Source of the DNA: Spizellomyces punctatus DAOM BR117
Taxonomy: Eukaryota
Strand: one strand, 5' to 3'
NCBI GenBank assembly: GCA_000182565.2
Contig: KQ257450.1
DNA: 64,000 bases
The notes below the pieces were generated by a model. That model did no database searches. It saw nothing but the letters and a program-made list of their open reading frames with translations, and had not been told where the DNA came from. Made by a program: the position numbers and the translations under genes. This document shows, in pieces, positions 1 to 13,283 of the stretch (its first letter is position 1; every line of letters begins with the position of its first letter).

Positions 1-783
1 GACTGCGAGGAATTTGGGTTGAAACATGTGTTATTCCTTAATGCGGAGGATGTGCGATGGAATGCATCCGGTACAGATGGAAGAGACGAAGACGTCGAGA
101 AGACGACCACGTATGTAGTGTATGATGAACATCTGTGAAGGCACTCAGATTGACTTGAATCGACTTTAAGAATAAACACCTTGAAAAAGACACTACACCT
201 CAAGGACATCCACACGGTAGGCGTACACCATTGCCCATGGGCCTACGCGCTCGTATTAGACACGGAAGCCGCAGGCAAAGTGGTGTACGTATCAATACTT
301 GGCTTGGATGACTTGAGTCTAATTAGATTATTGCTTTTGAGCAGCTTTTCCGGTGACTGCCGTCCGTCTGAGGACTTGGTCAATGCAGGACGGGGAGCCA
401 GTGTGGTTATTCATGAGGCGACCTTGGAGGATGACAAGGTGGAAGAAGCGCTGGAAAAGCGACATTGCACAACGGGAGAAGCTATCCAGGTGGCCAAAAG
501 GTGTGTCCAAGTGGAGCATGTTTTTACATCCCTCCAGCCGTCGAATCTGACCTTTCTCTTCAGCATGGAGGCCCAGAACTTGCTCTTGACGCATTTCTCA
601 CAACGATACCCGAAAATTCCCATACTTCCCAATGACGTGGACGATGACCTTACTCAGGTCAAAGTTGGTATCGCGTACGACCTGATGCGGGCGAAGCTCA
701 GCAGCTTTTGGCGGTTGCCCCTCCTAGTACCGGGATTACGCGCACTATTCCCCCAGGACGACAATGATGGTGTGAACAGGTGA
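1..783 (+). CDS. TRZ1: tRNase Z (ELAC2/Trz1), 3' part; 5' end lies outside the window
   Basis: Metallo-beta-lactamase C-terminal motifs V-FSGDCRP, IHEATLED, KRHCT and LLTHFSQRYPK; introns at 285-344 and 501-563. Confidence 0.93.
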
Positions 784-853
784 TGAGATGAAGATGCACA
801 CTCACTCATTGCTCGGAACCGATCTGGCGTAATATAATTCTATTTACAATAGT

Positions 854-2696
854 CTATCTAATTTTTTTAGCAACTAGTACCATATTTCGTGGGGAGTCAA
901 CATGGTCGAAGAGTGGGAATAACATGACACTTAAGTGCATTGGACTTTGACATGTCGCGTTATCATATTCTCCATTGTATCTTTGCCCGTCGCCCTCAGC
1001 CTCCATTAAGTTTCTCGATTTTGCATCGACATACACATCGCGCTCACCCGTCATTTCTACAATGGATAAAAAACGATCCACCAGTATCAAGCTCTCAATT
1101 GCTTCTGCGACCATAGCCCTAAGTGTCCATACAACTGCAACTTCTTTCTCCCTATCTCTGTACTTCTCCTCGTATTCTCTCAAAACGTCGTCAGTGAGTC
1201 CCGCCTTGTCCAAATCAATCCCTAGCTTTCGTAGAGCATGTCTTGCATATCCAATAAACCCGTTTCCGAAAGCTCCTCTGGCCAACCGTCCGATCACAAT
1301 GTTTCGCGAGTCGTCGAGATCTGGAATGAGCTCCTTCTCTAGGATGATCAGCTGTAAAAGTGCGCGATAAAAATGTCTTGAAAAACTTTCTTTTGCTGCG
1401 TCTCCCTGCTGAGTCCATCGACAAGTTGCCTGACATGCCAACATCCGTGCGGTGAATCCTAGTGAGACGCCCTGTGACCAAACGTACTTGCTTAACGGAA
1501 ATCCAGCACTGTGCGTTACAATTAGTCCTCTTTCACCCGTTTCGCAGAGTGGTGAGGGTGGGGCTGGCCTCCGCCGAGGCGGTGGGCTGTCCGGCAGTTG
1601 ATATTTTGGGGGAATACAAGGATCGGGCCCTTCTTCGGTAAGATGGTTGTAACAGCACCCTACCGAAACAAGAACTCTCGCGTCGCTCATCAAGAAGTGT
1701 CGTACCAGAGCGGCTGAGAGGTCTCCACAAGCATGTAAACCGCAGAGTAGCCATCTTTTAGATTCTTCCTCTATTACTCTTTCCTCTTCTGCTACCCCCG
1801 CTTGACTTTTGACCTCGCTTAGTAGTTCATTGAACTTCTCCTCAGCCGTTACCCTTCGATTCACATGATAAACCTTGCCGATAGCTTTATCTTTGTTCTT
1901 GGGCTTTGAGAAGATCTTCTCTATCATTCCAGATCGCCGTTTTGCTCCGCATGTTTGTATTTCATCATCGTCGACACCGATGACAGTATGGCAATAAGTA
2001 TATGCTAGTACTGCATCAAGGTATCCTTGTCCAGCGCCAAGATCCATTATACACGATGATTTCGATTCAACAGCCAGGTTATTAATGAGATGGGCGAGGA
2101 GCTGCACCTCGTGTTTCTTTTTTGGTGTCATGCCGTAAGTAACCTTATTGTCTAAGTATGCCACTGTAACCTGATCGTAAGCATACATTTGCAGTTGTCA
2201 GGTCCCGTTTTTTGTCAGAAAGACTCACCTGTTCGCTCCAATTCCTTGGCGATAGGCTCACGGCTCGGATCTCGAGGTAGCGCTATTGATTTCGACAACG
2301 CAACAAATTCCTTTAAAGACTCTGGCCAGTCTTCCTATGCAAGCTGCAAGAATTAGGTTTATGACTGCAATAACCAGTCAACTACGCTCGTCTGCAGTTA
2401 CCTTCACTGTGCCGTTGGCGGCTAGAGCTAGTAGATGGTCATAGGTTACACTAGCATCTTCCTTCAACAAATGCCATTCTTTCGGAAAATGGCCCGAAGA
2501 CCAATAATCGTTTGTGAAGAAGTCAACAGCATGAAACTAATATTGCCCGACATCAGCTAGAAAGCCAGATCTGTACTTGGTGACTAAGATCTACCTGCCA
2601 CAAATGCTGATACGACTGCAAAAATGCTACGAGACCGTCAATATAGTCACGAACTGAGCCATATCCAGGAGGCAGTTCAATATGGTGACCCGGCAT
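854..2696 (-). CDS. METTL25/RRNAD1-like SAM-dependent methyltransferase (Methyltransf_32), multi-exon
   Basis: KKKHEV, MDLGAGQGYL, GLHACGDLS, VGCCYNHL and SPRNMVLVA motifs; ATG at 2696 (MPGHHIELP). Confidence 0.88.
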
Positions 2697-2857
2697 GGCT
2701 TGTAGAAGGAATTTGGGCAAAGTCAAGTTGCAAAAACTCGTCTCGACTCTCATCACATCACGTGCAGACGCGATGCTAAGCAGAGGTTGGTTACGTTATC
2801 ACTTTTGGACTGTGACGATCTTTCTTCCTCTACCTTCAGTTGCCTCAAAACATATCT

Positions 2858-5079
2858 ATGGAAGAGGATCACTCTAGCAGTACCAATAGTGACAGAAGGT
2901 GCATTTGCTTGTCGATTTACTTCTACTAAACCTCTAAACTGATGTATCTATCTAGCCGTCATGACGAGGGATCTGCCAATGCTGTGCGAACGAGGACTGG
3001 CACACCTGTCAAAGTAAAAGCCTTTGTAACTAATATTGTTAACTTGCGGTAGACCTAACCAAATTTTGAAACTAGAATGTACGCCCGAACAGTGTGCGAT
3101 CAGATGGGGGTCTTACACCGCTACCAGATGATGACGGTAACAACGTCATGATAAGATGTTATTCGGCGCAACTGGTGACATCCTTGTATCAATAGATGCT
3201 CCAACTATAATACGCTCGTCTAGTCCAACGTCTCCTGTACCGTCGAGTTTTAATCGAACTCCAACCGCTCTCTTGCTGCAATCAAATTTCGACGTAAGAT
3301 TCCGAATGTTAGAGCCATGTAGTCACGCCGGTCTAAAAAGTTATTTCGAAATAGGAAGAGGGCCAGGCATATACAAAGAGTTTCCATGAAGCTTGCACGG
3401 ACTTCCAAGATATGCAGCAGCCTGAGGGCGCAGTTCCCGAATCTTCACCGGAAGAAGAGGTAAGCAACAAGCCGTTAACTGGGTAACTCTACAAAAGACG
3501 TAACGAACAATTATACAATTACAGTCAGCATTCCCACTGAGCGACACCGACGCAAAAATTCAGCAAGGCCTTCAACGTATTCGCGAGCTCGACGCCTTGC
3601 TACGACAAAAGAATATGGTACTTGTAACATGTTGATGTGGGTGATTGTCCATTTCTCACCAATCAAATACGTAGCTGGCACGAGCGTTGACGAAAGAACG
3701 TTTGTCCCGCGAATCCAGCGCGGCACCGCGGACAAAATCCGGACCACAAGAAAATACTCCAGCTGCAGATTCCTCTGATGATGACGATGAGGAGCTTGAG
3801 CTTAAAAGTGTCCACTCGATGGAAACCAGAACGTTCATAACGGAACCCAAACTTGGTGCGCGAGCCAAAATTGGGATCCAAGCGTTACGAGATGGTGGGG
3901 CCAATGAGGCTGCTGGGAGCGCCGAAGGTAGGAAACCCAACGAGGGATTGAGGTTGACCATAAACTTAACGTTATGTGAAGAACCCCAGGGTCCAGTTCC
4001 ACCGAAGAAAAAGGGATACAAGCAGGGCGACTTTATCCAACGTAATATTGTGGTAGGTGTTCTGAAAAATGAAATCCCTACGCCCAGACTCTTAGAACAT
4101 TCTTTCAGCTAGGACCCGAAGCACGGTATTACAGCGCAATGACAGAAGAGGAAAAGGACCGGGTTGAGAAGATCCTCAACACGGAGGATACAGAGGAAGA
4201 CGCCCCGGATAATGTATCAGTTCTTACTGATCATTCCAAGGTAGGATAGCCTTACGAGGTCCTTTGGCTTTGCAGTAACTAATAGCCGAATAGCCCAGTG
4301 TTTTCCACTTTACGCGACCCGCTACCGCAAACACCGCCTTCTTTCCCGACACAGACGAGTTCGAGCAGTTGGTAGAAATTGACAGGTACATAGCCTTCTT
4401 TAGGGAAGTGGTAGCTTCAGAGCTGATGACGACTCTCTTACTACCAGAAAATTACAGCTCATCATTCCCGAGCCCGAATGGGAAACAAAATCAATAGTTT
4501 GGTCAACACCCGCTTCGACAAATGCATCGGGGGCCCAAACACCAATGCCTGGTCGGTTTTCCCGTCAAAGCTTTTCCTCATGCAGTGTTAGCATACGTGG
4601 TATGTCCCGTACGCTGGGAGATTGTTCTGTCTTCCAGAGATTAATATAACGATGTGAGTAGACATAACCGCGGTGATGCACGACGCAGATAATGCAAAAC
4701 CGGCAGAGGTTTTGCTCAAAGATGAGCAGAAGCAATTGAAAGAGATCGATGAAAAGCTTGAGGCGCTAAGGGAGGGAGAGGCAAGGGTATCTACGCCGAT
4801 TACCATGTCAGGTCATACTTACTACTGGCCTCACAGATTTTAATTTTTAGCCGATAAGTCGAGAAGATTTAGATCGGCTATTGTATGAATGCATGCGCTT
4901 CGAAGCAGAACTGAAAAGCCGCCAGTCATCGACCTGGGGTAGGTCCATAGCTATTCAAATAACGGCAGTACTTCACTCCTCCAAGAATGCTTAATCCTGC
5001 ATGTCTTTTTGTAGATGTCGAATCTATATCTACTGTGTCGCGATGTTCATCTCCCCCCTTTGTGAATCAGTTTTGCTGA
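2858..5079 (+). CDS. Fibrous sheath-interacting protein 1 (FSIP1)-like protein, multi-exon; ends approximate
   Basis: Spliced peptide GDFIQRNIV/LGPEARYYSAMTEEEKDRVEKIL and coiled-coil QLKEIDEKLEAL resemble, from memory, conserved FSIP1 blocks. Confidence 0.6.
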
Positions 5080-5331
5080 AAGCCCTGCTGGTTACAGATG
5101 CTATGTGTCGAAGTTGTTACAAAGACATCCTATATACCCCATTGTAGCTATAAATTTAGTTGTAAACAATCAGAGAAGATGATAGACAGGGTACAGTGAA
5201 TGCAAGCTGCTTAAAAAGTGACCGCAACGGGACGGCTTGATGTTGTGTCTGATCTGGAGCTCAAAGCTCTGTAATATGTACACTTGAACAAGCACAAGCA
5301 CCATTCTCCTATTAATGGTAAGATCTCTACT

Positions 5332-6345
5332 TCACTCGTCCTCTGGGGTTGCGCTTCTTTCGCGGAATCGAGGATTCTGCATGATTACGAGTTAGCGGGC
5401 GACATGACCATACTTTGTTACCATGTTCAAACACGTACATTTCTGTCATCGTCCCGTCCCCTCTTTCCTCTGCGTGGGCCTTCATCCTCATCGTCTCTTG
5501 CTCTCTTTGGTTTATCTATATCAAAATACATATAATGAATGGCGTCTGTCGTAGATCCGCGCTTTGAACGCTCATTGAATGGACTTACAACTTGAATCTC
5601 CAGCGTAGTATGAGGAGGCTGCTCCTTTCGGTACAGTAGTGAAACTGTCGTATGTGTCCCGCTGCCTGTTTTCTCGGGCTTCCATTTCCCGTTGTCGCGC
5701 TCCCCAGCCCCCGCGCCCCTCATCGTAGTCTTCTCGATGTTCGTCACGCACCTACATGAAATGATGAGCACGGCATATCGTCTACTTCCGTTGGCCCACC
5801 AAACCCTACCTGTCCACCGCTCCTTCCACGGCCAAAGTTCCGACCTTCTTTGTATCCTGGATCAAGATCTGTGCGGATAATTCGTTCGTCAAGCTTTGTT
5901 CCGTTGATAAACTTCATGCAGTCCATAGCATCTTGTCGGTTGTAATATCTAATGATATAATCAAGAAGTGCATGCAGCAAGAGAACTTAATAGAAAAACA
6001 CAAGCGGGTCCTTCTTCAGCTTTGAACTTACTCGACAAAACAGAAACCGCACGGGGTTTTCTTAAATCGGTCCAGACCCATAATAATACGCTTGATCTCG
6101 CCGCATTTCGAGAAGAGCTCATAAATTTGCTCTTCGGTTGTATAGAATGAAAGGTTACCAATGTACAGCGTACTCGAAGCTGCTATTTCGCGTTCCCAGT
6201 CGTCGTCGGTACCCTATATCAACGCAAAACGCAAGTCAGTTAGTTAAAATCCCGCGAGTGCTTTTCGGCGATGCATGGAACACACAAGATATTTGTTGTC
6301 TTTGTAGACGGACGGTTTTCCCAAGGACGTAACTAGGGAGGTCAT
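5332..6345 (-). CDS. CBC2: Nuclear cap-binding complex small subunit (CBP20/NCBP2)
   Basis: [78 protein letters not shown]-terminal NPRFRE. Confidence 0.95.
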
Positions 6346-6479
6346 GGTTTGAATGAGCAGATGAGTGAAACCCAACAGTCCAAGTGAAGGCTCACAGGCG
6401 AGCTAGCTTGTTGCCATGTCAACGCGCAGCAAATGGATCGTCGTCGTCCTCATCCCAGATCCAGCGGAGGAAGTGCAAC

Positions 6480-7661
6480 ATGCCACCAAAGGCCTCGAAG
6501 GCTGGTAGTAAAAAGCTCGCAAAAGAAATCGCTAGACGGGATGCCGTCCGTAAAACGTTCTCCACATTCTTTGCGACACAGTACGGAGAGGAGAGATGGC
6601 AACATTTATTACAAGCCCTTGAAGGAGAGCAACGCTACTGTTGCCTGGTGAACCGTTTCGCGGACCCGCAAGACGTTGTACAGGCATTACTACCAGTAGC
6701 AGAGCGCCTGGTCCTCTCGCCTTACTTTCCGAACCCTTATGATGCATCCCTCTCTCTTCGCTGCTTTACTACTGACCCTTCCGTAGCCGCTGATCCTTCC
6801 ACCGCCCCCATAAATCGCCCAGGACCGTTTCCGCCACCTGCCCGCGACCTCAAGAACCTTTCAACCTATTACTTATTGGATTTGTCGTCCCTGCTTGCCA
6901 CACAGGCGCTAGACATTGCACCCGACCACCGTGTTCTGGATACCTGTTCGGCACCGGGCGGGAAGTCCCTGGCTATTTTGCAACGACTTGGCGAAAAAGG
7001 ACGCTTGCACGTGAATGAACCTAACGGGGAGCGGAGGAAACATTTACGGAGAGTCTTGGATGAGTATTGTCCCAAGGGAATGGTTGGTGATGCGATGCAG
7101 CCAGGGCGTGTGAGTGTTAGCGGGGTAGATGTGAGCAGACGTGGAGCAAGCGAGGAATTTCCTGGTGGTATGGGGAGCTTTGACAGAGTTCTTGTGGATG
7201 CGCCTTGGTGAGTGAGAGAATATTCTTTGAATAGGAGCTTGGCGGAGATATCCTCATGTATTCATTATCCATTTAGCTCAAGCGAACGGCATCTTCTACA
7301 CTCACCGAATGACTTGTCACAATGGACCCCCACACACACGAAAACGATGTCAAAGAAACAGAGATTAATCCTCGCTGAAGCTCTGCGAGCATGCAAAGTC
7401 GGCGGGAAAGTTGTATATGCAACGTGCTCGCTTTCTGATGCCGAAAATGACTGCGTGGTAGAGTGGGCGAGAGATAAATTCAATGGCGCCGAGATTGTAG
7501 TGGAAGAGAAAAATGGGGGTTGGGGAATAGGGGAGAAAACTCGATGCGGTTGGATGGTCCTGCCTGATAAAGAAGGAGGCTGGGGACCTTTGTATTTTGC
7601 AGTGCTTCGAAAGGACGGAGAGGGTGGGAAGGGGAGAGGTAGAGATGAAGATTTCGATTGA
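6480..7661 (+). CDS. NOL1/NOP2/Sun RNA m5C methyltransferase (NSUN3/NSUN4-like)
   Basis: YYLLDLSS, VLDTCSAPGGKS, FDRVLVDAPC(S) across the intron, VVYATCSLSDAEND, WGPLYFAVL. Confidence 0.9.
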
Positions 7662-7788
7662 AAGATCCATCAACATGTTAGCTTATTCGCTGCTTCCGCA
7701 TTGTCAAATAATCACGATAACCATAGTACACGCATTTCAAATTCTGTACAAAGAAAACAATATTAAATAAGAGCAACTTGTATTAAGT

Positions 7789-9096
7789 TTATAGCCCTGC
7801 AAAGACCCCTGAGAAAGCCGCACCAATGGCTCTTTCATAAGTAAATCGAGGAGCAAAACCACTCGCTTTGGCGGCTTCTGCTCTTGGTGGTTCGTTCAAG
7901 CGCAAGTGGGCAAGCCATCTACAACAAAAATCCGATTAACATAGGTAATGTGTGGATCACGTCAGTATACAGCTTAACGTACGGGTCAATATAGCTGTCG
8001 CGCACTGCCGTATATGTAGTAGTCTGGTATGTGTAATCCATCGGATCAAATGGTGTCGTATCCTCCGGCTCAGCCTCTATCGATGTGTCATCTGCGGTGG
8101 GTAGGCGTTCTTGAAGGAACTTGGTAATATCTGGTGCTTTCGATCGTTTGGCAACTGCATCTGCTATGATGGACTGTGCCGAGGCATCTTCTTCCGACGC
8201 CTGTGTCCGCAGTGTAAGCGAAAATGAAACCACTAAGACGGTCCAATTGAAGCTCGTAACCTACCAATCTTTTTATAATTTCTTCCCTGGCCTGCAGCTT
8301 AACCTTTGCCTCCTCTATTATGGCTTGCTCGTACGCCTCCTTCCGTATTTGCTTCTCCTTCTTTTCCCGGTCAAGACGATTATGCACGGCTTTTTCTTCA
8401 ATCAACTAAGAGAATCATACGTCAGTTATGAAAACGTCGATCGGCATCATGTGAAGAAACGAACCTGCTTCTGTAAATTCGCATTTATCAGATCCTTGTT
8501 TTCCTGTTCATATTTCTTGATTCTCTCATTCGTTTCCTTTACGTCCACGTCGTTGATAAGATTAAACACTACACCACGGCAGTTGAGTAATCTAAGGGGT
8601 GCACTGTGCTGCCTCACAAGGGAGTAACATACTTATTTCTTCCACATCTTCTAAATAATCATTATATGCTCTCAGGTTCCCTTTGAAATCTTCCAGCCGT
8701 TTGTTATATCTATCAATAAAGAGATCAACATCTTCAAATCAGCGACTTTCGATCCAAAGTACACATACACTCGGCCAATCCTCTTCCGTGTCTGCACTTC
8801 CTTCTCTACATAGAGATCCTCAAATGTTTGCGCAACGAAGTTGCTCTTCCGCAGAATGACTTTACATATTGGACATGGGGCTGGGCCTTGAAGGAATAGT
8901 CGATTAATGCACGTTTCGCACCTGCGCTTGGCCGAGTGTGTCAGAGCCGTCAGATGGGAAAGACCACTGAACGGACGACAAGCACTCACATTTTATGGAA
9001 GCATGGACTGACCAGCAGCTTCATGGTCGGGTTGAGATACCTGTCCGATTTACAAACCGGGCAGGTATCCGCATCTATCACTGGCAAGGATGCCAT
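7789..9096 (-). CDS. TFB3: CDK-activating kinase assembly factor MAT1 (TFIIH RING subunit)
   Basis: CPVCKSDRYLNPTMKLLVSPCFHKMCETCINRLF..CPICK..QTFEDLYVEKEV RING region; multi-exon. Confidence 0.95.
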
Positions 9097-9260
9097 TTTG
9101 TCAAGTTCGACAGTGATCAACCAAACTGCAGGCTTCGCACTTCACGCAGATCATGAATGATGACCAACACTCGTGTGAATCACTGTTGCCATGGTGGCGG
9201 CAGATCGCGTTTGAAGGATGACCTTTGGGTTTCGTCGGTTCCTTCTTCCTGTCTACCAAC

Positions 9261-10527
9261 ATGCTCGCCTCATGGTCCAGGAAGCTGTGGCCCACCTGCG
9301 CCAATGTTCTGAAGGCAGAGAAGTCCGGTTGGAAGTCCAATGCTCGCTCAACTGCATATCGACCATTGTCAACAAAACTGCTAGAGTCTAAGCTACCCAA
9401 AACGTACTGTCGTATTCCACAGACACGATCAGCAGCGGCTTCACCACTCAGAAGCTCTTCATTCCCGCGCATTATCTCAAAACGATTCTTTCAAGCTACC
9501 ACTCTCAAACCGGCAAAGTTGGAACCACACCATCAAAAACTGATTTTTATCGTAGTTGTGGTGGGCACGGTCGTTATTGGCTTCGATATCTATTATTTCG
9601 CCTATGTGCATGAGCCCACACCCTCGACCTTAACGCCTGAAGATTTTCGTCCGTTCAAACTTGTTGAGAAAGTTCCGCTCACCCACGACACGTCCCTTTT
9701 GCGGTTTGCAGCCCACCTTCCTCAAGCGGATTCTCCAGCTGGTATCCCCGTTCCATCTCATGTGATTGTCAAGGATGACACATGCCAGATTGCGCGCGCA
9801 TACACTCCTGTAACTTATGTGAGAGGACATTTTGATCTGCTAGTTAAGGAGTATGAAAATGGAAGTGTTAGCCGGTTTTTGCATGGAGTCAAACTTGGTG
9901 ATAAGGTAGAGATCAGAGGTCCTATTATTACTTTGCCATACGAGGCGAACGCTGTTGATGAGATTGGAATGGTATGTAACATTGCAAATCTTGTCATTAT
10001 CCCAAAGGCACAAAACTCTGATTTCTTTTTCAGATTGCGGGTGGAACCGGTATAACGCCCATATATCAATTGATTAAACGTATCCTCAAAGATCCAACCG
10101 ACAAAACACGCATCTCCCTCATCTACGCCAACCGTTCTGAAGAGGACATTCTCCTTCGGAACGAACTGGAAATTCTCAGCTCATCGCGTCCCGACCAACT
10201 CCAGATCTACTACATTGTGGAGAACCCGCCAGCGCAGGAAGGCCGTCCGTGGGCACAAGGTGTTGGACTGGTTAGCCAGGATATGATAACGAAGCATCTT
10301 CCAAATCCAGACAAGGGAATGAAGGCAGCTATATTGGTGTGTGGTCCGGATGGGTAAGTGACAGTATCCAGATGTCGCAACGTAAGGCTCTGCCTCATAG
10401 CTATGTGTACCTATGCAGATTGATAAATCACGTCGCGGGTCCAAAGGCCAGCGACGACGAGCAAGGGCCGTTAGGTGGGCTGCTGAAAAAGCTGGGATAT
10501 CAAGATAGACAGGTTTTCAAGTTTTGA
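9261..10527 (+). CDS. Mitochondrial NADH-cytochrome b5 reductase-like flavoprotein (Mcr1/Cyc2 family)
   Basis: Basic presequence, one TM segment, ARAYTP, GMIAGGTGITPIYQ (spliced), LIYANRSEEDILL, ILVCGPDG. Confidence 0.9.
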
Positions 10528-10717
10528 ACGCCTGAATAATTAGAATACCATCGTGTAGCTAGATAGACATGGTGCTTTCCAGTGACCTATTTAATCACAA
10601 TTTACTCACTAGCAAAACTTGCACGTTTCAGTCACCATAGTGATTGGTATGATGGCACAGCAGTAAATGCAAAAGCGCGAGATCGAGGCAGCCAAGCATT
10701 TTGTTTGTACATTAACC

Positions 10718-11359
10718 ATGGTCGTCCGCATCCGCCTCGCTCGCTGGGGAGCCAGTCATAATCCCTTCTACGGTATTGTCGTAGCGAACCACAGAGCCCC
10801 CCGCGATGGTAAACACCTCGAACGAGTCGGAACCTATAATGTCATCCCCGACGAGCGAGGGATTAAGCGTATTGAACTGAATGTCGAGAGGATAAAGTAT
10901 TGGTTGGGTGTGGGTGCTCAGCCTACGGAACGGGTTGCATGGTTGCTTTCAAAGGTTTGTGGTCAGGAGTGAGAGGAAAGGATCCTGCATGGTCACAAAA
11001 TCAGAGAACAGCCGAACACTAACTATTCACCATTCTGTCAACAGATCGACCTAGTGCCCCCAACTCCTCAGCAGCTGCAGAATCAGGGTTTCCTCTCCCT
11101 GAACGATAGCAAAACGTGGGATGTGGAAATCCGTGATGCCGAGGGCAAAACACTAAGCAGACTCTCCCCGGAGGAGGCTAGAAACGCACTTGCAAACTCG
11201 CCACTAGGGGACCGATTGCCTCAAGATACGTCATCAGAACCACCAGAAAAGAGTCGGGTGATTTACGAGAACATTAAACTGGACGGGAGACCACCAAAGG
11301 CGCCACTGACGGCGGAAGAAAGGTTGAAGGTGCTGCAGGAAATTACAGGCATTATTTAA
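10718..11359 (+). CDS. MRPS16: Mitochondrial ribosomal protein bS16m with C-terminal extension
   Basis: MVVRIRLARWG...PFYGIVVAN.RAPRDGKHLERVGTY...YWLGVGAQPTERV; one intron. Confidence 0.92.
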
Positions 11360-11528
11360 ATCACAGGGTCAATCATCGTGTCATATAGAGGAAACACTCC
11401 AATTGTAATTATATGTATGGTATTCCAAACTCGAGCTTATACTACAAACAAAACTTTCAAACATACGGAGCACAGGACCGTACTTTCAAGTGTGTTAATA
11501 ATCTACATTTATACGTAACCAATGTACC

Positions 11529-12716
11529 TCAGAAGTCCGCGTCCAATGTGAATTCCTGGTTTTCCCTCTTCTGCATCACCCCAGCCATCTGATACTCGCC
11601 AACTTTCTTCTCAAAGAAATTTGTCTTCCCTTGAAGTGAAATCAGTTCCATGAAATCGAAAGGGTTTTCAGCGTTGTAATGTTTCTCGTAGCCGAGGGCA
11701 ACCAATAATCGGTCAGCAACAAACTCAATGTACTGCTGCATAAGCTTTGCGTTCATGCCAATCAAGGCAACAGGTAAAGCGTCTGTCAGGAACTCTTGCT
11801 CGATCTTTACAGCTTCCGTGATGAGCTGTAGGACGGTATCCAAGGAAGGTTTGTTACGGATGAGAGAGTACAGCAGGCATGCAAAGTCCGTATGCAGGCC
11901 CTCGTCTCGAGAGATGAGTTCATTGGAGAAGGTTAATCCCGGCATGAGACCACGCTTCTTGAGCCAGAAAATAGCAGCAAAAGAACCCGAGAAGAAGATA
12001 CCCTCAACGGCAGCGAAAGCGATCAACCTGATAGCGAACGACGACTTCTTATCGGAGATCCATCGCAGAGCCCAATCGGCCTTCTTGCGGATGCAGGGGA
12101 CTGAAACAAGACAAGACGACTAAGTATCAGCCTGCAATCCGATGCTAATATGCAATGCGTATACGCTTACCAGTTTCTAGTGCATCGAATAAAAAGGTCC
12201 TTTCTGCTGGATCCTTGATGTAGGTGTCGATGAGTAGGGAATACATCTCCGAATGGATGTTTTCAATCATAATCTGGAAGCCGTAGAAACATCTTGCTTC
12301 GGGTATTTGAACGTCATTGGAGAAGCGCTCAACCAAGTTTTCATTGACTATGCCATCAGAAGCAGCAAAGAACGCCAGCACTCGTGAGACAAAGTACCGC
12401 TCGTTATCGGTGAGTCGGTTCTCCCAGTCGACATTGTCTTTTGATAGATCCACCTCTTCGGCTGTCCAGAAGGACGCTTCGGCTTTCTTGTACATATGCC
12501 ATACCTTTATCAAAAAGACACGTTAATGGACAGGCAGGCTAGATTCTACCATAAACAGCAGTGTACCTCTTGGTATTGAATTGGGAAAAGAACAAAGCGG
12601 TTTGGATTTGGTCTCAAGATAGGCTCATCCTCTATCACTTGCTGCGCTTTGACAGCCTTTACAGATGCACCGTTTGTCACGGTAGTCGTAGCTTCAACCA
12701 TTTCGTGGGCAGTCAT
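11529..12716 (-). CDS. RNR2: Ribonucleotide reductase small subunit; an additional upstream exon is possible
   Basis: [60 protein letters not shown]-terminal FTLDADF. Confidence 0.97.
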
Positions 12717-13283
12717 TTGCTAAGGTACGAGTTGAATGCAGGTTGTTTCGATCGATAGATGAGAGTAGCAATAAATAAGTGCAAGTATGCCCGAGAGCAA
12801 TAATGTAGGCGTAAGTAGCAGCTATGGAGTTGACTTCAGGAAAACCTGCAGGAAATCTGAAGACGCCGGGGGCAAGTGAAGGGGAAGAGACGAGACGAAG
12901 CGGAGTCTTTAAGGTGGTCCGAATCTTCGAACTTTTTGACATTTGTAACAAGTTGATAAAACCATATTTGGAAATATTCGGGATGTGACTCAATACATTG
13001 ACGAACGAACGTCATCTTCATCCCAAACGACAAGCAAAGCGCTGTGTCGGGAGCAGATATACGACAAGTTAACATGCAGATCTTTGATAAACGATGTATT
13101 TCGTAGTGCTTTTTATGCATGTTGCGAGCGTAATGGAGAACTGGCAGCACTCGTACGATGTAGGCAACGACAAAGCAGAGAGGCAAATGTGGTTCCAACC
13201 ACATTCACGTGGTTATGTGATGTCCGCCCTCTTGTGATGATGTCCTACCAGCAGATCCGCCACCATTGACTTGTGCAGTGAGA

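Noticed and set aside
1..12716. Run of RNA-processing and nuclear genes (TRZ1, METTL25, CBC2, NSUN, TFB3) as a functional cluster
   Set aside because: Unrelated pathways and compartments; expected in gene-dense housekeeping DNA
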